A stretch of DNA of 64,000 nt, from contig NC_092676.1 in NCBI RefSeq assembly GCF_964355755.1, positions 811,788 through 875,787 of the forward strand. Reading direction: 5' to 3'. The notes under the pieces were generated by a model, which did not search any database, was not told where the DNA came from, and saw only the letters and a list, made by a program, of their open reading frames with translations. Origin of the DNA: Antedon mediterranea. Its lineage: Eukaryota; Animalia; Echinodermata. Below, piece by piece: positions 26,422-39,330 of this stretch. The stretch's first letter is position 1; each line of letters begins with the position of its first letter. The position numbers were made by a program, and so were the translations under genes.

Positions 26422-26735
26422 GAATGATTGTATGTTGACTGCTAGGCGTCATGCGCCCGCAGTTGGAAACACGAATGATTGCATGTTGACTGCTAGGCGT
26501 CGTGCGCCCGCAGTTGGAAACACGAATGATTGCATGTTGACTGCTAGGCGTCGTGCGCCCGCAGCTGGAAACACGAATGATTGCATGTTGACTGCTAGGC
26601 GTCGTGCGCCCGCAGTTGGAAACACGAATGATTATCGCATGTTGACTGCTAGGCGTCGTGCGCCCGCAGTTGGAAACACGAATGATTGCATGTTGACTGC
26701 TAAGTGTCGTGCGCCCGCAGTTGGAAACACGAATG
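26422..26735. repeat. 51-bp GC-rich minisatellite, 6 copies
   Basis: Unit GAATGATTGCATGTTGACTGCTAGGCGTCGTGCGCCCGCAGTTGGAAACAC; explains ORFs 26390..26740 and 26432..26749. Confidence 0.96.
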
Positions 26736-27238
26736 CTCACGTGAGATAAAAGCTTAAAAGCGCTCTCAACTTAATGCATGATTTATTGTGTTTTTCTCTT
26801 TCTCGTCATTTACAACAAGTTGTCAATTTATATACAGAATTCATCTTTGTCTGCTGTTAACACGTTGAATAAAACATGTGTAAAGGAATTAAAAATTAAG
26901 ATTAAAGTCGATTTGTTTTCACTAATGGGATTCAGAAGCAGGACGTTACAGTTCGGACAAGTTTCTTATAAAATATGTATAATAGCTTGATGCTGCATTG
27001 TGTGTATCAACTATCAATGTTTATAAATTGATCGATTGAAAGATTCCGGTCTTTAACAGTTTTATTGAATCTCCATATCCATGGTTATATTTGTATCGTG
27101 TCTTATAATTATAAAATCTGCAAACTAAACGCTTTGAATTTATTTTACATAATCATATTACAACCGTCATACTAAAAGTATAAATCTATTAATACGTTTC
27201 TTCTCATCCATTTTACTTATACACTCATAATGGTTTAA

Positions 27239-27590
27239 AGCTTGGTTCCAAAAATAGTAAGAAACGCAAGGACGTAACAACGTACGCACATATAGTTTGT
27301 TTCCAAGGACGCAACGCAGAACGTAGCGCGCAACGCACATAGCTTGGTTTCCAAGAACGCAACGCAGAACGTAGCGCGCAACGCACATAACTTGGTTTCC
27401 AAGAACGCAACGCAAAACGTAGCGCAACGCACATAGCCTGGTTTCCAAGAACGTAACGTAAAACGTAGCGCAACGCACATAGCTTGGTTTTCAAAGAAAC
27501 AACGCAGAACGTAGCGCAACGCACACAGCTTGGTTTCCAAGGAAGCAGCGCGGGACGCATCACAACTCAAACACTTTGGTTTCTAAGGTA
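27239..27590. repeat. 46-48-bp minisatellite built from the MITE family B terminus, ~7-8 copies
   Basis: Units AGCTTGGTTTCCAAGAACGCAACGCAGAACGTAGCGCAACGCACAT start at 27239, ~27293, 27341, 27389, 27435, 27481 and 27527. Confidence 0.9.
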
Positions 27591-28107
27591 AAGCTGGGCC
27601 AATCACTATTGCTCGTCCCATATCCTTCCATATACATTATATTTCACGTTCATACCCAAACATTGACTGAACTATTGTGCTACAGTCGGTATATTGTTGG
27701 AATTATTCAGAGGATCAACATTTATTAATCAAAATGTTTTTATCAGAACAGAAATACTGTGCAACCTTTGTGTGATATCGAGTATTGTAGCAATATGTAT
27801 CTATTAATAGTGACTATGCCAGTAGGTATAGACAGAACGGTGTATGCGCACGGCCAATGCATCAGGATGAATTAATCGTTGTAGGCAAGTCACCGCACTC
27901 GACGAGAATCGAGATTCCGGAAGTTTGCCTTCATGGGTTTCAATGATTTTCACTCGTGGCTGTTCATTTAAAGAGTTGTACTCGCGGGGGAATGTTGTGT
28001 TTGCGAGGAGCGAGCGAAGGCTGTTATTGTTGGATCATAATAAATCCTTACACGAATGGGACAAGACTTTATATGGTGTGAAGCTGGTATCGGCAAACGA
28101 CAACAAC

Positions 28108-30018
28108 ATGGATGTTATAATAATCTACCTTGCTGTTTTAATTTCTTTATTTTGTGATTTTATACACGGCATGCAGTTTATCGAGCAGCCAACAGGGGTG
28201 ACAGTAGGTGAGGGAGAAAGTTTTATTTTACGTTGTGTAATCGGCGACAAAGGAACTGATAACATATTTTGGAAAACTATGGATTCATCTACAATTTTAA
28301 GTACAGATACTGTAATAGATCCTGATAATGAACTTTCTGCAGACAAACAAAGACGATATTCAATAGTGGGTAATCACTATGCAGGAGAATATAATTTAAA
28401 AATTGAGAATGCAACTCGCGAGGACGCGGGTCGCTACTCGTGTTTATATTTTACAAAATACATTCGTTATTCTCACGTTGCCAACGTAAGGATAATGTTG
28501 CCACCAAGCGAAGGCTATCCGAAATGTAGCGTCCACCCGCATGGAGCTGTAGCCGGTGATACTGTACGGTTAACATGTAGGTCGTCTGGTGGTGACCCAC
28601 CAGCGTCTCTTGCATGGGTATACGGTAACTCAATATTAAAGATGTTATTGCCATCAAATCCAGATCCTGTGAATGAAGTGAGTTATACATTAAAAGATGA
28701 TGATTTAAATAAGGTGTTTACGTGTGCGGCTACGACGCCAGCGATCCAGCAAGCTTTGAGTTGTAGCATTTTGCCTTATCGTAAGAAAATTTTCGTTTTC
28801 GTTCAACCTGTTTTCAACAATGTCATGGCAGGCGAGTATGCTAACTTTCAATGTAGTTCTCCTAAGAGATCTGGAACAATCCGCTGGGTTATCGGCTCCA
28901 CACCGGTCGATCCGTCCGATTCCAAATATACCATTACAAGAAAAGGAAAACGACTTAAAATATTGAAAACTAATCGAAGGGAACATAATGATGCGGTAAT
29001 TTCATGTCTTATTATGGATCGGTTTGGATTAGCAGGTAACGGTAGCGCAGTTTTAATGGTACACTCATGGGAAACTACAACACCGTTTGTAACTACCGAA
29101 GAATTAGCAACAGAAATAATGGAATCAGATGTCGGTGTTACAGAAAAGCCATCTGATACAGTGTTAACAAACATACCAACTAGTGTTGTGCCTTTAATTA
29201 CTGAGAGATCATTTATACTTGACAAATCTGCCATTAGGCATGCTAAGAAAAACCCCAGCAGTACAGTGACGACACAAACTGTAACGAGAACACCATTAGT
29301 GCCCACAGTGACGAAAGCGACTGAGTCGATAGTGACGAAAGCACGATTAGAACCGACAACACGGGAGGTGTCGACAGCTCAGCGTTCGATTGATGTGCTT
29401 GAGCCGCACGCGATAAAAGACTTTAGGAATGCTCAGGGAGGAAACGAAAATAACAATAAGGGCACGAACATTACCACTCAATCAGTACAAACAATGACAA
29501 CAAGCAAACAAATAGACTTAACAACTGAATCGGTTCAAAGCACTCAATTAATGAGCAAATCCACATTTGATACATTATCATCTGCCTCGAGCAATGTTCA
29601 GACAACAAGACTCATGTCGTCTGCAACTGTCTCCATGGAGATAAAAACAGACGCCGATACGCAAAGTACAATGAAAAACATTGTTCAAAATCTGAGCGAT
29701 CGTGGAGATCTTTCTAATGATATTGTCACAAGGAGCACGCAGACTAACGACATGGTTTCTTTAATTTTAAACTCAAATGACATTTCCATAAACAATTATG
29801 TCACAAAAAATCATACAGAATTTGACAATAACAGTGTAAGTCAGCAAGCCAAAAGCAAAAATGGTGACGACTCTACTAATGAACTTTTTGGAAAATCAAT
29901 GACCGTTTTAATCGGAGGTCTTGTGGGCCTCGTTACGACAATCATAATTGTTATTGTTTTAATAGTTGTATACACCACTAAACGTAGGAGAGATACAACT
30001 GAGATCAAGGCAGTATAA
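28108..30018 (+). CDS. Intronless type I transmembrane Ig-superfamily receptor/adhesion molecule (636 aa): signal peptide, 3 Ig domains (Kirrel/nephrin/CADM-like), mucin-like stalk, TM, 14-aa tail
   Basis: Long uninterrupted ORF. ATG in an AACAACATGG context followed by hydrophobic MDVIIIYLAVLISLFCDFIHG. Ig motifs LRC..FWK..YNLKIENATREDAGRYSC; LTCRSSGGDPPASLAW..FTC; FQCSS..IRW..ISC. S/T-rich ~29065-29898; TM MTVLIGGLVGLVTTIIIVIVLIVVY followed by KRRR. The TTG start at 27925 in the track is unlikely in a eukaryote. Confidence 0.93.
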   Translation: MDVIIIYLAVLISLFCDFIHGMQFIEQPTGVTVGEGESFILRCVIGDKGTDNIFWKTMDSSTILSTDTVIDPDNELSADKQRRYSIVGNHYAGEYNLKIENATREDAGRYSCLYFTKYIRYSHVANVRIMLPPSEGYPKCSVHPHGAVAGDTVRLTCRSSGGDPPASLAWVYGNSILKMLLPSNPDPVNEVSYTLKDDDLNKVFTCAATTPAIQQALSCSILPYRKKIFVFVQPVFNNVMAGEYANFQCSSPKRSGTIRWVIGSTPVDPSDSKYTITRKGKRLKILKTNRREHNDAVISCLIMDRFGLAGNGSAVLMVHSWETTTPFVTTEELATEIMESDVGVTEKPSDTVLTNIPTSVVPLITERSFILDKSAIRHAKKNPSSTVTTQTVTRTPLVPTVTKATESIVTKARLEPTTREVSTAQRSIDVLEPHAIKDFRNAQGGNENNNKGTNITTQSVQTMTTSKQIDLTTESVQSTQLMSKSTFDTLSSASSNVQTTRLMSSATVSMEIKTDADTQSTMKNIVQNLSDRGDLSNDIVTRSTQTNDMVSLILNSNDISINNYVTKNHTEFDNNSVSQQAKSKNGDDSTNELFGKSMTVLIGGLVGLVTTIIIVIVLIVVYTTKRRRDTTEIKAV

Positions 30019-30604
30019 TCGTTCTTCCACATCATTGTGCTTTGCTTTATACTAATTATCCACTATTTTTATATCCAAGATTTGCTGTATCAAAGCCGAT
30101 TAAACTATTGCACGAACGCGGACATGGACTACTTATATATATTGCTTATATAATAATAGTGTAGGCCTACTTTGTATGGACTGTATAACAATGGCTAGTG
30201 CGCTGTATACACATTACTTATACAGAGCGGTGTACCTGGTTATGGAACGAATACTGATTATAATTCACCCCATCAAATGAAATCTGGTGGCGGTGTTGGT
30301 GCAATGTACTGTACCAATGAATCGCATTATATATTTAGCTAAGTGCACTATAACTTATACAGCTTAAGATAATAATAAATAATAATACCCGATTATGTAT
30401 CGCATTAAATAAGCTAAGTGCACACTATACAGTTTATGCAGTAATACCCTATTATAAAAGAATCATTAAAATTGGAGTACTTTAATGGAACCACAGCAGC
30501 AATTTCATATTATTGTTATTGTTTACACGATATACTATTATTTTATTCAAAATTGATGATGTGATAAACACGATCGAAGGCACGAGTATTACTTGTATAT
30601 TCTG

Positions 30605-30727
30605 TTAACGCAGCGCAAGGCCGTATAGCGCAACGTAAGTGATTTAACTGCCTTTTGTCATTGGTCAACTTGCGTTGACTACCGTATTGGTAATTACGGT
30701 ACGTTGCGCCTCGTGGGAATCACGCTT
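30605..30727. mobile_element. MITE family B fragment downstream of the Ig gene (possible 3' UTR)
   Basis: GTCATTGGTCAACTTGCGTTG...GTGGGAATCACGCT|TAA right TIR. Confidence 0.7.
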
Positions 30728-31768
30728 AAGAAGGCGATTACGTAACATAATGCAAGCATATTATCTGGACATACCTGGAGCTTAGTGAAGCCTTGTTTTA
30801 TTTATTTAAATCGCGTGTTAACTAATGAACACTACAAACTATAATATGCGCACCATGTAAAATCATATTTTAAATTAAATTAATTTAATTTGTTATGTTT
30901 ACTTTAATGAATAAATTACAATATTTTAAATGAGATGAAGACTATATGCATCTTATACCACATTGAACCATTCATACTGTTCCATCACAGTGTGTTCACT
31001 TAACACAACACATTCACTAAACATTCGTTTTAACTTGAATAATTTCTGTCAATTTTAATTTGACCTGAAATAGGCCTACTTGCTAATCGTATAACAGATG
31101 GCTCCGAGCAATAAATTGTGGTAAATAATTCATAAAACTAATGATGTAATTTTTATTCAAACGATAAGCTGGGTATCAAAACTGAAATAGAAGAAGAGAG
31201 AAAAGCGCGCCATTTATCATATTCAGCAGACGACAGATGTTAAGACGATTAACAAGATAAATTCTATCAGTCCGTTTTGATCCATCTGTAGAAGATATTG
31301 AAAATATGTTCATCGCGATCTTTAGTTAAACTTTGAGAAATGATGTTATGGGATGATTTGAGATGTTTGATCCTTTAGAGAGTTGGGGTAGAAAGATAAA
31401 TGATAGTAAAGAACCCTTTCGTGCATGAATGATACGCAATTACAATGTTCCGTAATGACAATTTTGTTTTTTCTTGAGGATTTTCTGCTTGAGGTTTTAA
31501 CGTAATCAAAATAAGACTATTGTATAATCTTGTACACATTACACAGTAGACCCATAAATCCTTCGTTTAAGTTCGCCATTAAACTTGTTAGTTCATGCAT
31601 GACGTACAACCACAATATCATGATGTAAATATATTTTTCATATTTGTAAATAAACGATCTATATTATAGATGATGAGGAGGCACAGATTGTTGATCAATA
31701 AACAGGATTAATTATGCAATTTCTACTCGCAATCAGAGTCATTGTGTATAATTTATTTATATCTATCA

Positions 31769-31933
31769 AATTTGGTTTCCATATGAACGCAACGCGTACG
31801 CACGGTAGTACGTACGCGCACGCGCACCGCAAAAAATTCGACCAATCACGACGCGATGGATCATCCTGTCGTTTGTGATTGGTCACTGGTGTTGTGCCTA
31901 CGTCATTGCGTTGCGTCCAAGTGGGAACCAATC
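31769..31933. mobile_element. MITE family B-related copy
   Basis: TTGGTTTCCATATGAACGCAACGC...CCAATCACGACGCGA...GTGATTGGTCA...TTGCGTCCAAGTGGGAACCAA. Confidence 0.8.
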
Positions 31934-33148
31934 TTTAATGATAAATGTCGTAGTATTGCGATTTGTACTTTAGGCAAATACCTCAGATGTAAATGTAGCA
32001 AACACCTACGCGTACGAATATGTGTGATGAGTCAAAATTGTCCAAACTTACATTTCAATTTGCCCTCCAGACAATTTCTAAATATACCGTACAAATTCTT
32101 AACACAAGCAAATGTGCATATGAATTTCTTTACGCTGGGTAGTTTGTATAGTTACCTTATCTCGACGCACTCAAAATGATACTGTGTAGGCCCACAGTAG
32201 GGATACTGTGTTTATTATTTTCAAAACGATACTGTGTTTATTATTTTATAATTTCTATGTTAATTATTTTCTTCGGGAAGTGCACTCAATTACTTTTACA
32301 TTTTGTGAAACACAAGATGAACCTCTTTGATGATGATAATGTTTACTTATATTTTATTTCCATATCCGGAATATTTCACCCTTGACCTTTCTCTCCATGG
32401 TGTTGTTAGTGTAACAAACTGTGTTAATGATAAAACAGCGCTTCCAGACAGAGGACATGTTTTTTAAAAATATAGACACCTGGATTCTATTAAAATATCT
32501 ACAGGGGGCGTCCATTACTACTGCGAATGTACATAATTATCGATTATTAATCTGATCATATCAGTAAAAATAATATTATTTCCTGTCGCAGGAAGTAATT
32601 TGCATATTAAATCATTATTGGATTAATATATGAAATCTGTGAGTGGGCATGTCACGTGGTTCATTTTTATAACTGTTGCAATTTTGATGGGTTAATTCTT
32701 ATGTCATGTGGATTATTTAAATATACTATCGTCATTTACAGGCTGAAAACAAAATAATTCGTAATAATAATCTAATAATAAATAATAATAATCTAGTCCG
32801 CACTAAAACAACAAGAAGCATATATAAATACAACGCCATGATTTATAGTGTTTGTGTGTTGACAAGAAATCGAGAATTAAAGAGATTTCCCACTTAGTGA
32901 CGTCATCCATAATTCATTTTAGTGTTGTAGATTTTATATATTATTTTGCTAAAACTGTACGGTATATTATTTAGTGACGGGTAGAGTTTAATTTTAACGT
33001 TGTTGTTTGTGATTGGTTAACGTGCGCGTATAGATAGATACCGTGTTTGCTGCAGGTAGTTACGTTTACACTTTTTCCGTCTTCTACAGAACGTAAAACG
33101 GCGTGATTTTGTTAAATAATGAACAATATATTAATTTAACGGCGCCGT

Positions 33149-33268
33149 CTTCCATTCCGTGAAGATCAACACACGTTCGGGATCGTCGCTTCCATTCCGT
33201 GAAGATCAACACACGTTCGGGATCGTCGCTTCCATTCCGTGAAGATCAACACACGTTCGGGATCGTCG
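33149..33268. repeat. 40-bp perfect tandem repeat x3
   Basis: (CTTCCATTCCGTGAAGATCAACACACGTTCGGGATCGTCG)3. Confidence 0.95.
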
Positions 33269-35726
33269 TAGTCGACGGTTGGCTTGGGAGACATAGATAG
33301 AGTGGGCCTACCGTATTCAATTAACTATAGTAATATTATACACATGATTTTATTTCAATTTTATAATGAATATCGCTTTCAACTGTTGTTGTGGAGTCGT
33401 CTTGTAAAACTGTACATAGTACTTCGATGAGAAAGTGATACCTGCAAGTGATATTCACCAGTTATACCAGCTGATCACTAAAGCTATCGATACATTATCG
33501 ACGTATTGTAACATGACCGAATAAACTAGTTCTCACGCAAGTGACTTCAAGAAAGTTGAAACGCAAAATTGAAACAGGAAACGCGTTTCAGATGAAAAGA
33601 AATTTACAAAGGTAATTTTGTTCAATATTATTTTGGAGTAAACACATTGCTTCAATTACAAACTAAGTCGAGTGCGGATGCTCTTGTCAACAATAATGCT
33701 ATCCTAATGGGTCATGTCAGGCTTCAACAGGCTTTCGAAAACATTATAAGCGACAGACAACAAAAATGGCGATGGCCTGTAAAATATTGAATTAAAGTTG
33801 CCGATATCTAAAGAAAAACATTTTTGAGAACCACTGACATTTTTAATTTGAAGGCTTTCGTCGGGTGATAGCTAAGCCATTGGTCTCGTGTGAACATACA
33901 TTAATGTGAACGCAACTTGTTTTCAAACAACTTCACAACATTCCATTCACACTATCACAAACAACGAATTACTTGCTAGGTGAATGGAGTGTTGTGTGTC
34001 TAAATAATGTGTTAAGACCTGACTCGATTGTTCACTCTCGATAAGAGTTACTTGGTTTGATGGGCATAAGTTCTAAATGTGAGTAGACATGAAAGCTCTA
34101 CGAAACGAATCAGGTTGTTCAGAATTTGGGGAAATGTTTAGGCAAAAAATGTTCTTACCTTCATTAGTAGCCGACCAGGTTGTCATAAAAACATGGAGAA
34201 GATGCCCTGAAAGATATTAAACAGAATATTTAAGTTTATGCTTTGCATTTCTCATTTTTATGCAATGATTGCCAAGTGGCATATTGTCGTTCCAGAGTGG
34301 TGGCAATCTGTTTTACACAAGACGCCCTACAAAGTCCTTAGTCTTTGAGAGTGGAGTTGGACATGTCTGACTGATCGGAACTGAACCCTATGGATCGATA
34401 GCCGAGCATCAAAATTACTAAGCGTTGTTGTTAGGAGAAGGGAGGGGGGGGGGGGGAAGAGTCTGAATAATGATCATATACGTTTAAAATGCTCATATTT
34501 CCAGCTGATATAGGCATACAAATTACAAATTTCAGGTAAATTTATTCGCTTTTTTAAGGATTATATCGGAATTGAACTCTGTAAACTAGGACGGATAGGC
34601 TGACCCTTAATTATAGGCCCTTGGCTATCAGGGGCATACTTTATTTATGACAAGTGGTTCAATAATTACAATAATACTGATTACACTAAAATTATGTATA
34701 CTGGCCATCATATTTACTATCGTACGAATTACTATCTGCAATGATAAATTGTGCAGTTAAGTCCAACCACAGGGTTTCGCAATTAGCATAAATTAATTTG
34801 ATTTATCGCAGTATATTTATCGTATACGTTTATCAAATTCCACGTAAGCACACGATGATATATATAATATATACTGTATATTATAAATTTCACGACTGAC
34901 TTTTCCTAGAAAATTTACTCTAGTAAATTGTTATTTTATTTTACATATCCCTGATTAGATCTGACTACTGGGCACTATATCTATTAATGTGACCGGTTTA
35001 CACTCTGTCCATACTAAAACCAATTCCCGTGTCCCCCAGACATGAGCCAATGACAGTGTAACGATTCTGCTTATAACCAGAGCACTGCGGGGACCGAGGT
35101 TTCGAGTTGTGCTAATCGTGTCAAAATGGCATGTTTCATAAAATACAACATAATGCTGAAAAGTCAACACAACTATTTTTGCAGGTGTGTTTTTAAAAGA
35201 ACACATTGTATTGTTGATTTATCATGAAACAAAATCGTTTTGTATCAACGATTGTCTGATGTTTTGTATTGTGTTCTTATACGTAGTGTGATGTATTGAG
35301 TCGATTCTTAAATCTATGACGTAAACCCGACGCTTCTTCCTTGGTTAAAACAGCTGCCGCGTTTAGTAAACATATTGTCTTGTTTGAAACAAGGTTTTGG
35401 TGAAGGAATAGCTTACAAAAAACAGCTTTAGCCCTGGTGTAGTACTGTATAACATTTGAGGTGCGTATTGCAACAAGTGTACAATGTTTTTTAAAATTGT
35501 TAAACAGTTTTCTTTTCCCTCTAAGTAATAATTTAGATTTGTCCTTGTATAGGCCTACTGCTCTAATTAATGTACAGCGCTTTGGTATTTTGGAAAAGCG
35601 CTTTATAAATCTGTATTAGTATAAGTAGTATAAGGTGGACCCTCACCACTGACTTTCTAATTTTGGTAGATTATGTCATGATTTTTGGTATCTGCTGCTA
35701 AACGAAAATGAAACCAATGCTGACAA

Positions 35727-35800
35727 GACGAGGAAAACAACGATGATGATGATGATGATAATGACGAGGAAAGCAACGATGATGATGATGATGATGACGG
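35727..35800. repeat. Duplicated unit containing a (GAT)n microsatellite
   Basis: GACGAGGAAA.CAACGATGATGATGATGATGAT occurs twice. Confidence 0.85.
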
Positions 35801-36361
35801 TAATAATGTAATTGTATGCAGAATTATTGTTGCTCTCTGTTTGTATAATAATACGGTATTCCGTTTACTAGCAATTCAAAGACTGACTACAGTAGTACAT
35901 AACTCAGTATATAATACTGAATGCATTTGATCATGCTTATGTTGGCAAAAGTACTAAATGATTAGATCAAATTAAAACCCTTCTTGCTATATTACTATAA
36001 GTTCTAGTTCGCTTGTTGATGGATATTATTATATAACTATCTCCGTAGTAAATTTATCTAGCCCTGTCCTTGCATCGTTGATTGAGCTTTAATAAAATGA
36101 TTATACAACTTGCTAATTGCCTTAAGGTCATCCACAAGGAAAGGGTTTAATGAATCATAATTAAAGCTGTAGAAAACCGTATGATGTATTGCCAATCTTA
36201 ACAACTGATTCTAATAAAGAATTGATACAGTATGAACTACTATAAAAATAACAAATTTACGATCGGTTTATAATTAATAAGATATTAAAGATTTGCACTG
36301 TGCTCATAGTGTTTGTAGTTGTCATCAAGGGGCAGGCTTACGTCTACGCCACGTTGTAACA

Positions 36362-36475
36362 CCGGCCCACTTGGACGCAACGCAATGAATGACGTAGTAA
36401 TTTGACCAATCACGACGCGATAGACCATGCGTTTCGTTTAGGTCGCTACGTCACGTCCAAGTGGCAGCCATGCTT
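36362..36475. mobile_element. Degenerate MITE family B-related copy
   Basis: CCCACTTGGACGCAACGCAA...TTGACCAATCACGACGCGA...GTCCAAGTGGCAGCCATGCT. Confidence 0.7.
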
Positions 36476-38169
36476 TTAAAACGCAATCTTCGATGATACG
36501 CGCATTACACACGTCGCGTTTCCACCTTCGTAGTGTTACTGACGGATTATGCGTTTAAGGTGATAATTTCAAAACATTGTGGACGTAGAGAAAACGCAAA
36601 CAAGGACCTACATTGCTTTATAATGAGAAAACGTATTCCCTTTTACATCATTGTAAAGAATGAACAGACAGGGACCTACATTTGCTTTATAAAAGTAGGT
36701 CTAACATTTATGTTTAATCAATCTTTTTAAAAAACACAAAGATATTACAATGTAAAGTTAAGTATGTGTTTAGCAGTGATCAGACTTGTAAAGTAGGGCA
36801 CAAGACCCCTGTATAGTGTGCTGCTGTTACTAACAATTATATAGCCAGGTAAATGTAATATTATGTGTTGAAACAGCGGGTGGGGGTGGGGTGTTGGCCG
36901 GCCTGGTGTGTGTTGGCGCTTCAAACATTCTCTACTATACCAAACACCACCCCTTCCCCTCTCCTTCTGTGAGGTGAGGATAGTTAGTGAGGAGAGGCAG
37001 CCAGAAAGAAAAAGTTGTCCTGTATAAACAAACAATAAGTAGGCCTAATGTATGGATAATCGAGGTTTCTAAATCGCGAAGTTGATCCTGAGCTGAAGGG
37101 ACCCCCTTAGTACTTCGGCACTTTATTAATAAGATCTAGCCCTATAGTAAGCGTTTACAATTGTGATATTATTTCAATTTCTCTTACACACCAAGAACCA
37201 AAACAAATGATTATACATTTTTTAATTAAAAAAATATAATTCCCAGTGTTTACCAGATTTTATAGAATCTTTTACAGCCATCAATAATGCACGTGAGATG
37301 ACACTCGTTTATTATCCACGTACGACTTGATAAATGTAGTGACTTGTTTCACTCTTATGTACCACTACTCGGGCCCTACTATTAAACACTCGTAAAAAAA
37401 CGTAATAACATTTTAATGTGCCCCGCCATCTGTTCATAAATTAATATGTTATAGTGAGTTATTAATGTGAGTACAATTGAGTTCTAATTCAAGATATTCA
37501 AGAAATTGTATTGGTCAACCTAATCACCTAATTATGCGAATATAATGATAATCACATGATGAAAATAAACAATGTTTATAATAGCATGTTAATAAAACAG
37601 TAGATTGAGTTTGTAATTTACACATTAAAAACACGTCATTAACGACATACAACATGATAAACACACATAATACGGGATAATAATGTAAGTGAGTAAGTAA
37701 TGTTTACCGTTACGCATCTTATAGTGTGACTCATGTGTTATGGATAAGTTCATAATCTGAGAGAAGTTTCCCTTTTGTGCGTACGCTTTGATGTCTGCGC
37801 AGTCGAATGAGTCACGTGACTAAACAATAATTCCGAAAATCCTATTTTATTGACGTTTTTACGCTAAAAGAAAATGCAACATAATGCATACAACATTTAA
37901 ATGACGATTAAATGTTAATTTTAAGATGTCGTGTTTTCTTCATGTATATACAAAACAGTTTCAAATAAAATAGACTTATTCCAAATTATTCGTAGAAAGC
38001 AGTTTTATCGTTTATGTTCCACAGTAAAATATGGTATCATTATAGTTACTGAAAATTCGCATTGTAGACAGAGATTATATCTTGTTATATCTGACCATCA
38101 ATATAAAATAACGAACTATAGCCTAATGTTATCTTTAAAAACATGAATAGTATCAGTACTAGTACCGAG

Positions 38170-38218
38170 CAACCGACCGACCGACTAACCAACCGACCGA
38201 CTAACCAATCGACCGACA
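38170..38218. repeat. Tetranucleotide compound microsatellite (ACCG/ACTA/ACCA)
   Basis: AACCGACCGACCGACTAACCAACCGACCGACTAACCAATCGACCGAC. Confidence 0.85.
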
Positions 38219-39150
38219 TTGCACGCGACTAAAAACATTAATAGTATCAGTAGTCCTACTAGTTCACTGGCTCACTTTTTATAAAGTTCATTAGACATCG
38301 ACAACATTATAAACACACATCTGCTGTGCACACGAAACTTGTATTTAAATAAATTAAAACATTGCACGCTATCTATGTTGATAATATTAACAGCGCATGC
38401 ACATTTCTATCATAAAAACGTAAGCCGCAGTGAAATGAACAAGCTTATACCATTCAACATTAAAACATTAATCGATATACATAATGACGTAATCTTGAAC
38501 TATAACCTAATTACTTTAAACAGATCCTGCATTGCTAAATCTACTAGGCTAATCAAATTCCGCAAATCATCGTTTAAAGCGTTTGCATTTATTTATAGAT
38601 ATTTTAACACACAAAACATGAACTTAATAAATATAACTTGAATATAACATCAAGGCATTTTGGTCAATAACCCGACAGCGAGTGATTTCGATAGATTTAT
38701 CCTATCTCACAACATAATAATAGTTTAAACTAATTTTTACACCATGCGATATATATTCACCTTGCACAAAAGCAGGTCATTTTTAATTACATGTGTTTTT
38801 TTGGTGTTAATTTTAAGGTTCGTAGACCAACCGTATAGAGCACATGTGTTAAAGTCACTCTGCTCCACAGATAGACTTCCGTCATCGAAGAGGAAAAGGA
38901 AACAGTAATTTTGACCAAGTAGGTTACTTTAAAACCTGTAAGTGGTTTGGTAATTAAATGTCTGAAGAAAAAAGTCAAAAAACCGCAATTTAAGTTGGTT
39001 CAAACACGACACAAGTTGGGTATTCTTTACCTAAAAGGAGCATATTGAGATGTGAAATGTGCAAAAAGTCACATTGGTGCAAACAACAACATTTTGTGCA
39101 TGCAAATATTTTGCACATTTCCTGGCTCAACTGTAACAGAGCCTCTCAAA

Positions 39151-39330
39151 GGCCCCGTTTCTGCTGCCAAAAATATACCGTATATATACGGTATATTTTA
39201 TATACGGTATATTTTTTGGCAGCAGAAATGGGTCTCATAAAAAATATACCGTATATATATATATACGGTATATATACCGCATAAATATCCCCATCGTTTG
39301 TGGATATTATACGGTATATTCCAAAATATA
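39151..39330. mobile_element. Harbinger-type terminus: 85-bp hairpin (39151-39235) plus subterminal ATACCGTATATATACGGTAT palindromes
   Basis: GGCCCCGTTTCTGCTGCCAAAAA...TTTTTGGCAGCAGAAATGGGTCT shares the TIR core GTTTCTGCTGC with the 3848-5495 element. Confidence 0.75.

Noticed and set aside
26390-27570. Repeat-peptide ORFs at 26390-26749 and 27167-27570
   Set aside because: Translations of the 51-bp and 46-48-bp tandem arrays.
27925-28107. N-terminal 61 codons of the 697-aa track ORF
   Set aside because: Begins at TTG; the signal peptide and good initiation context start at ATG 28108, so this stretch is most likely 5' UTR.
28125-30035. Antisense ORFs overlapping the Ig gene
   Set aside because: Shadow frames of the real plus-strand CDS.
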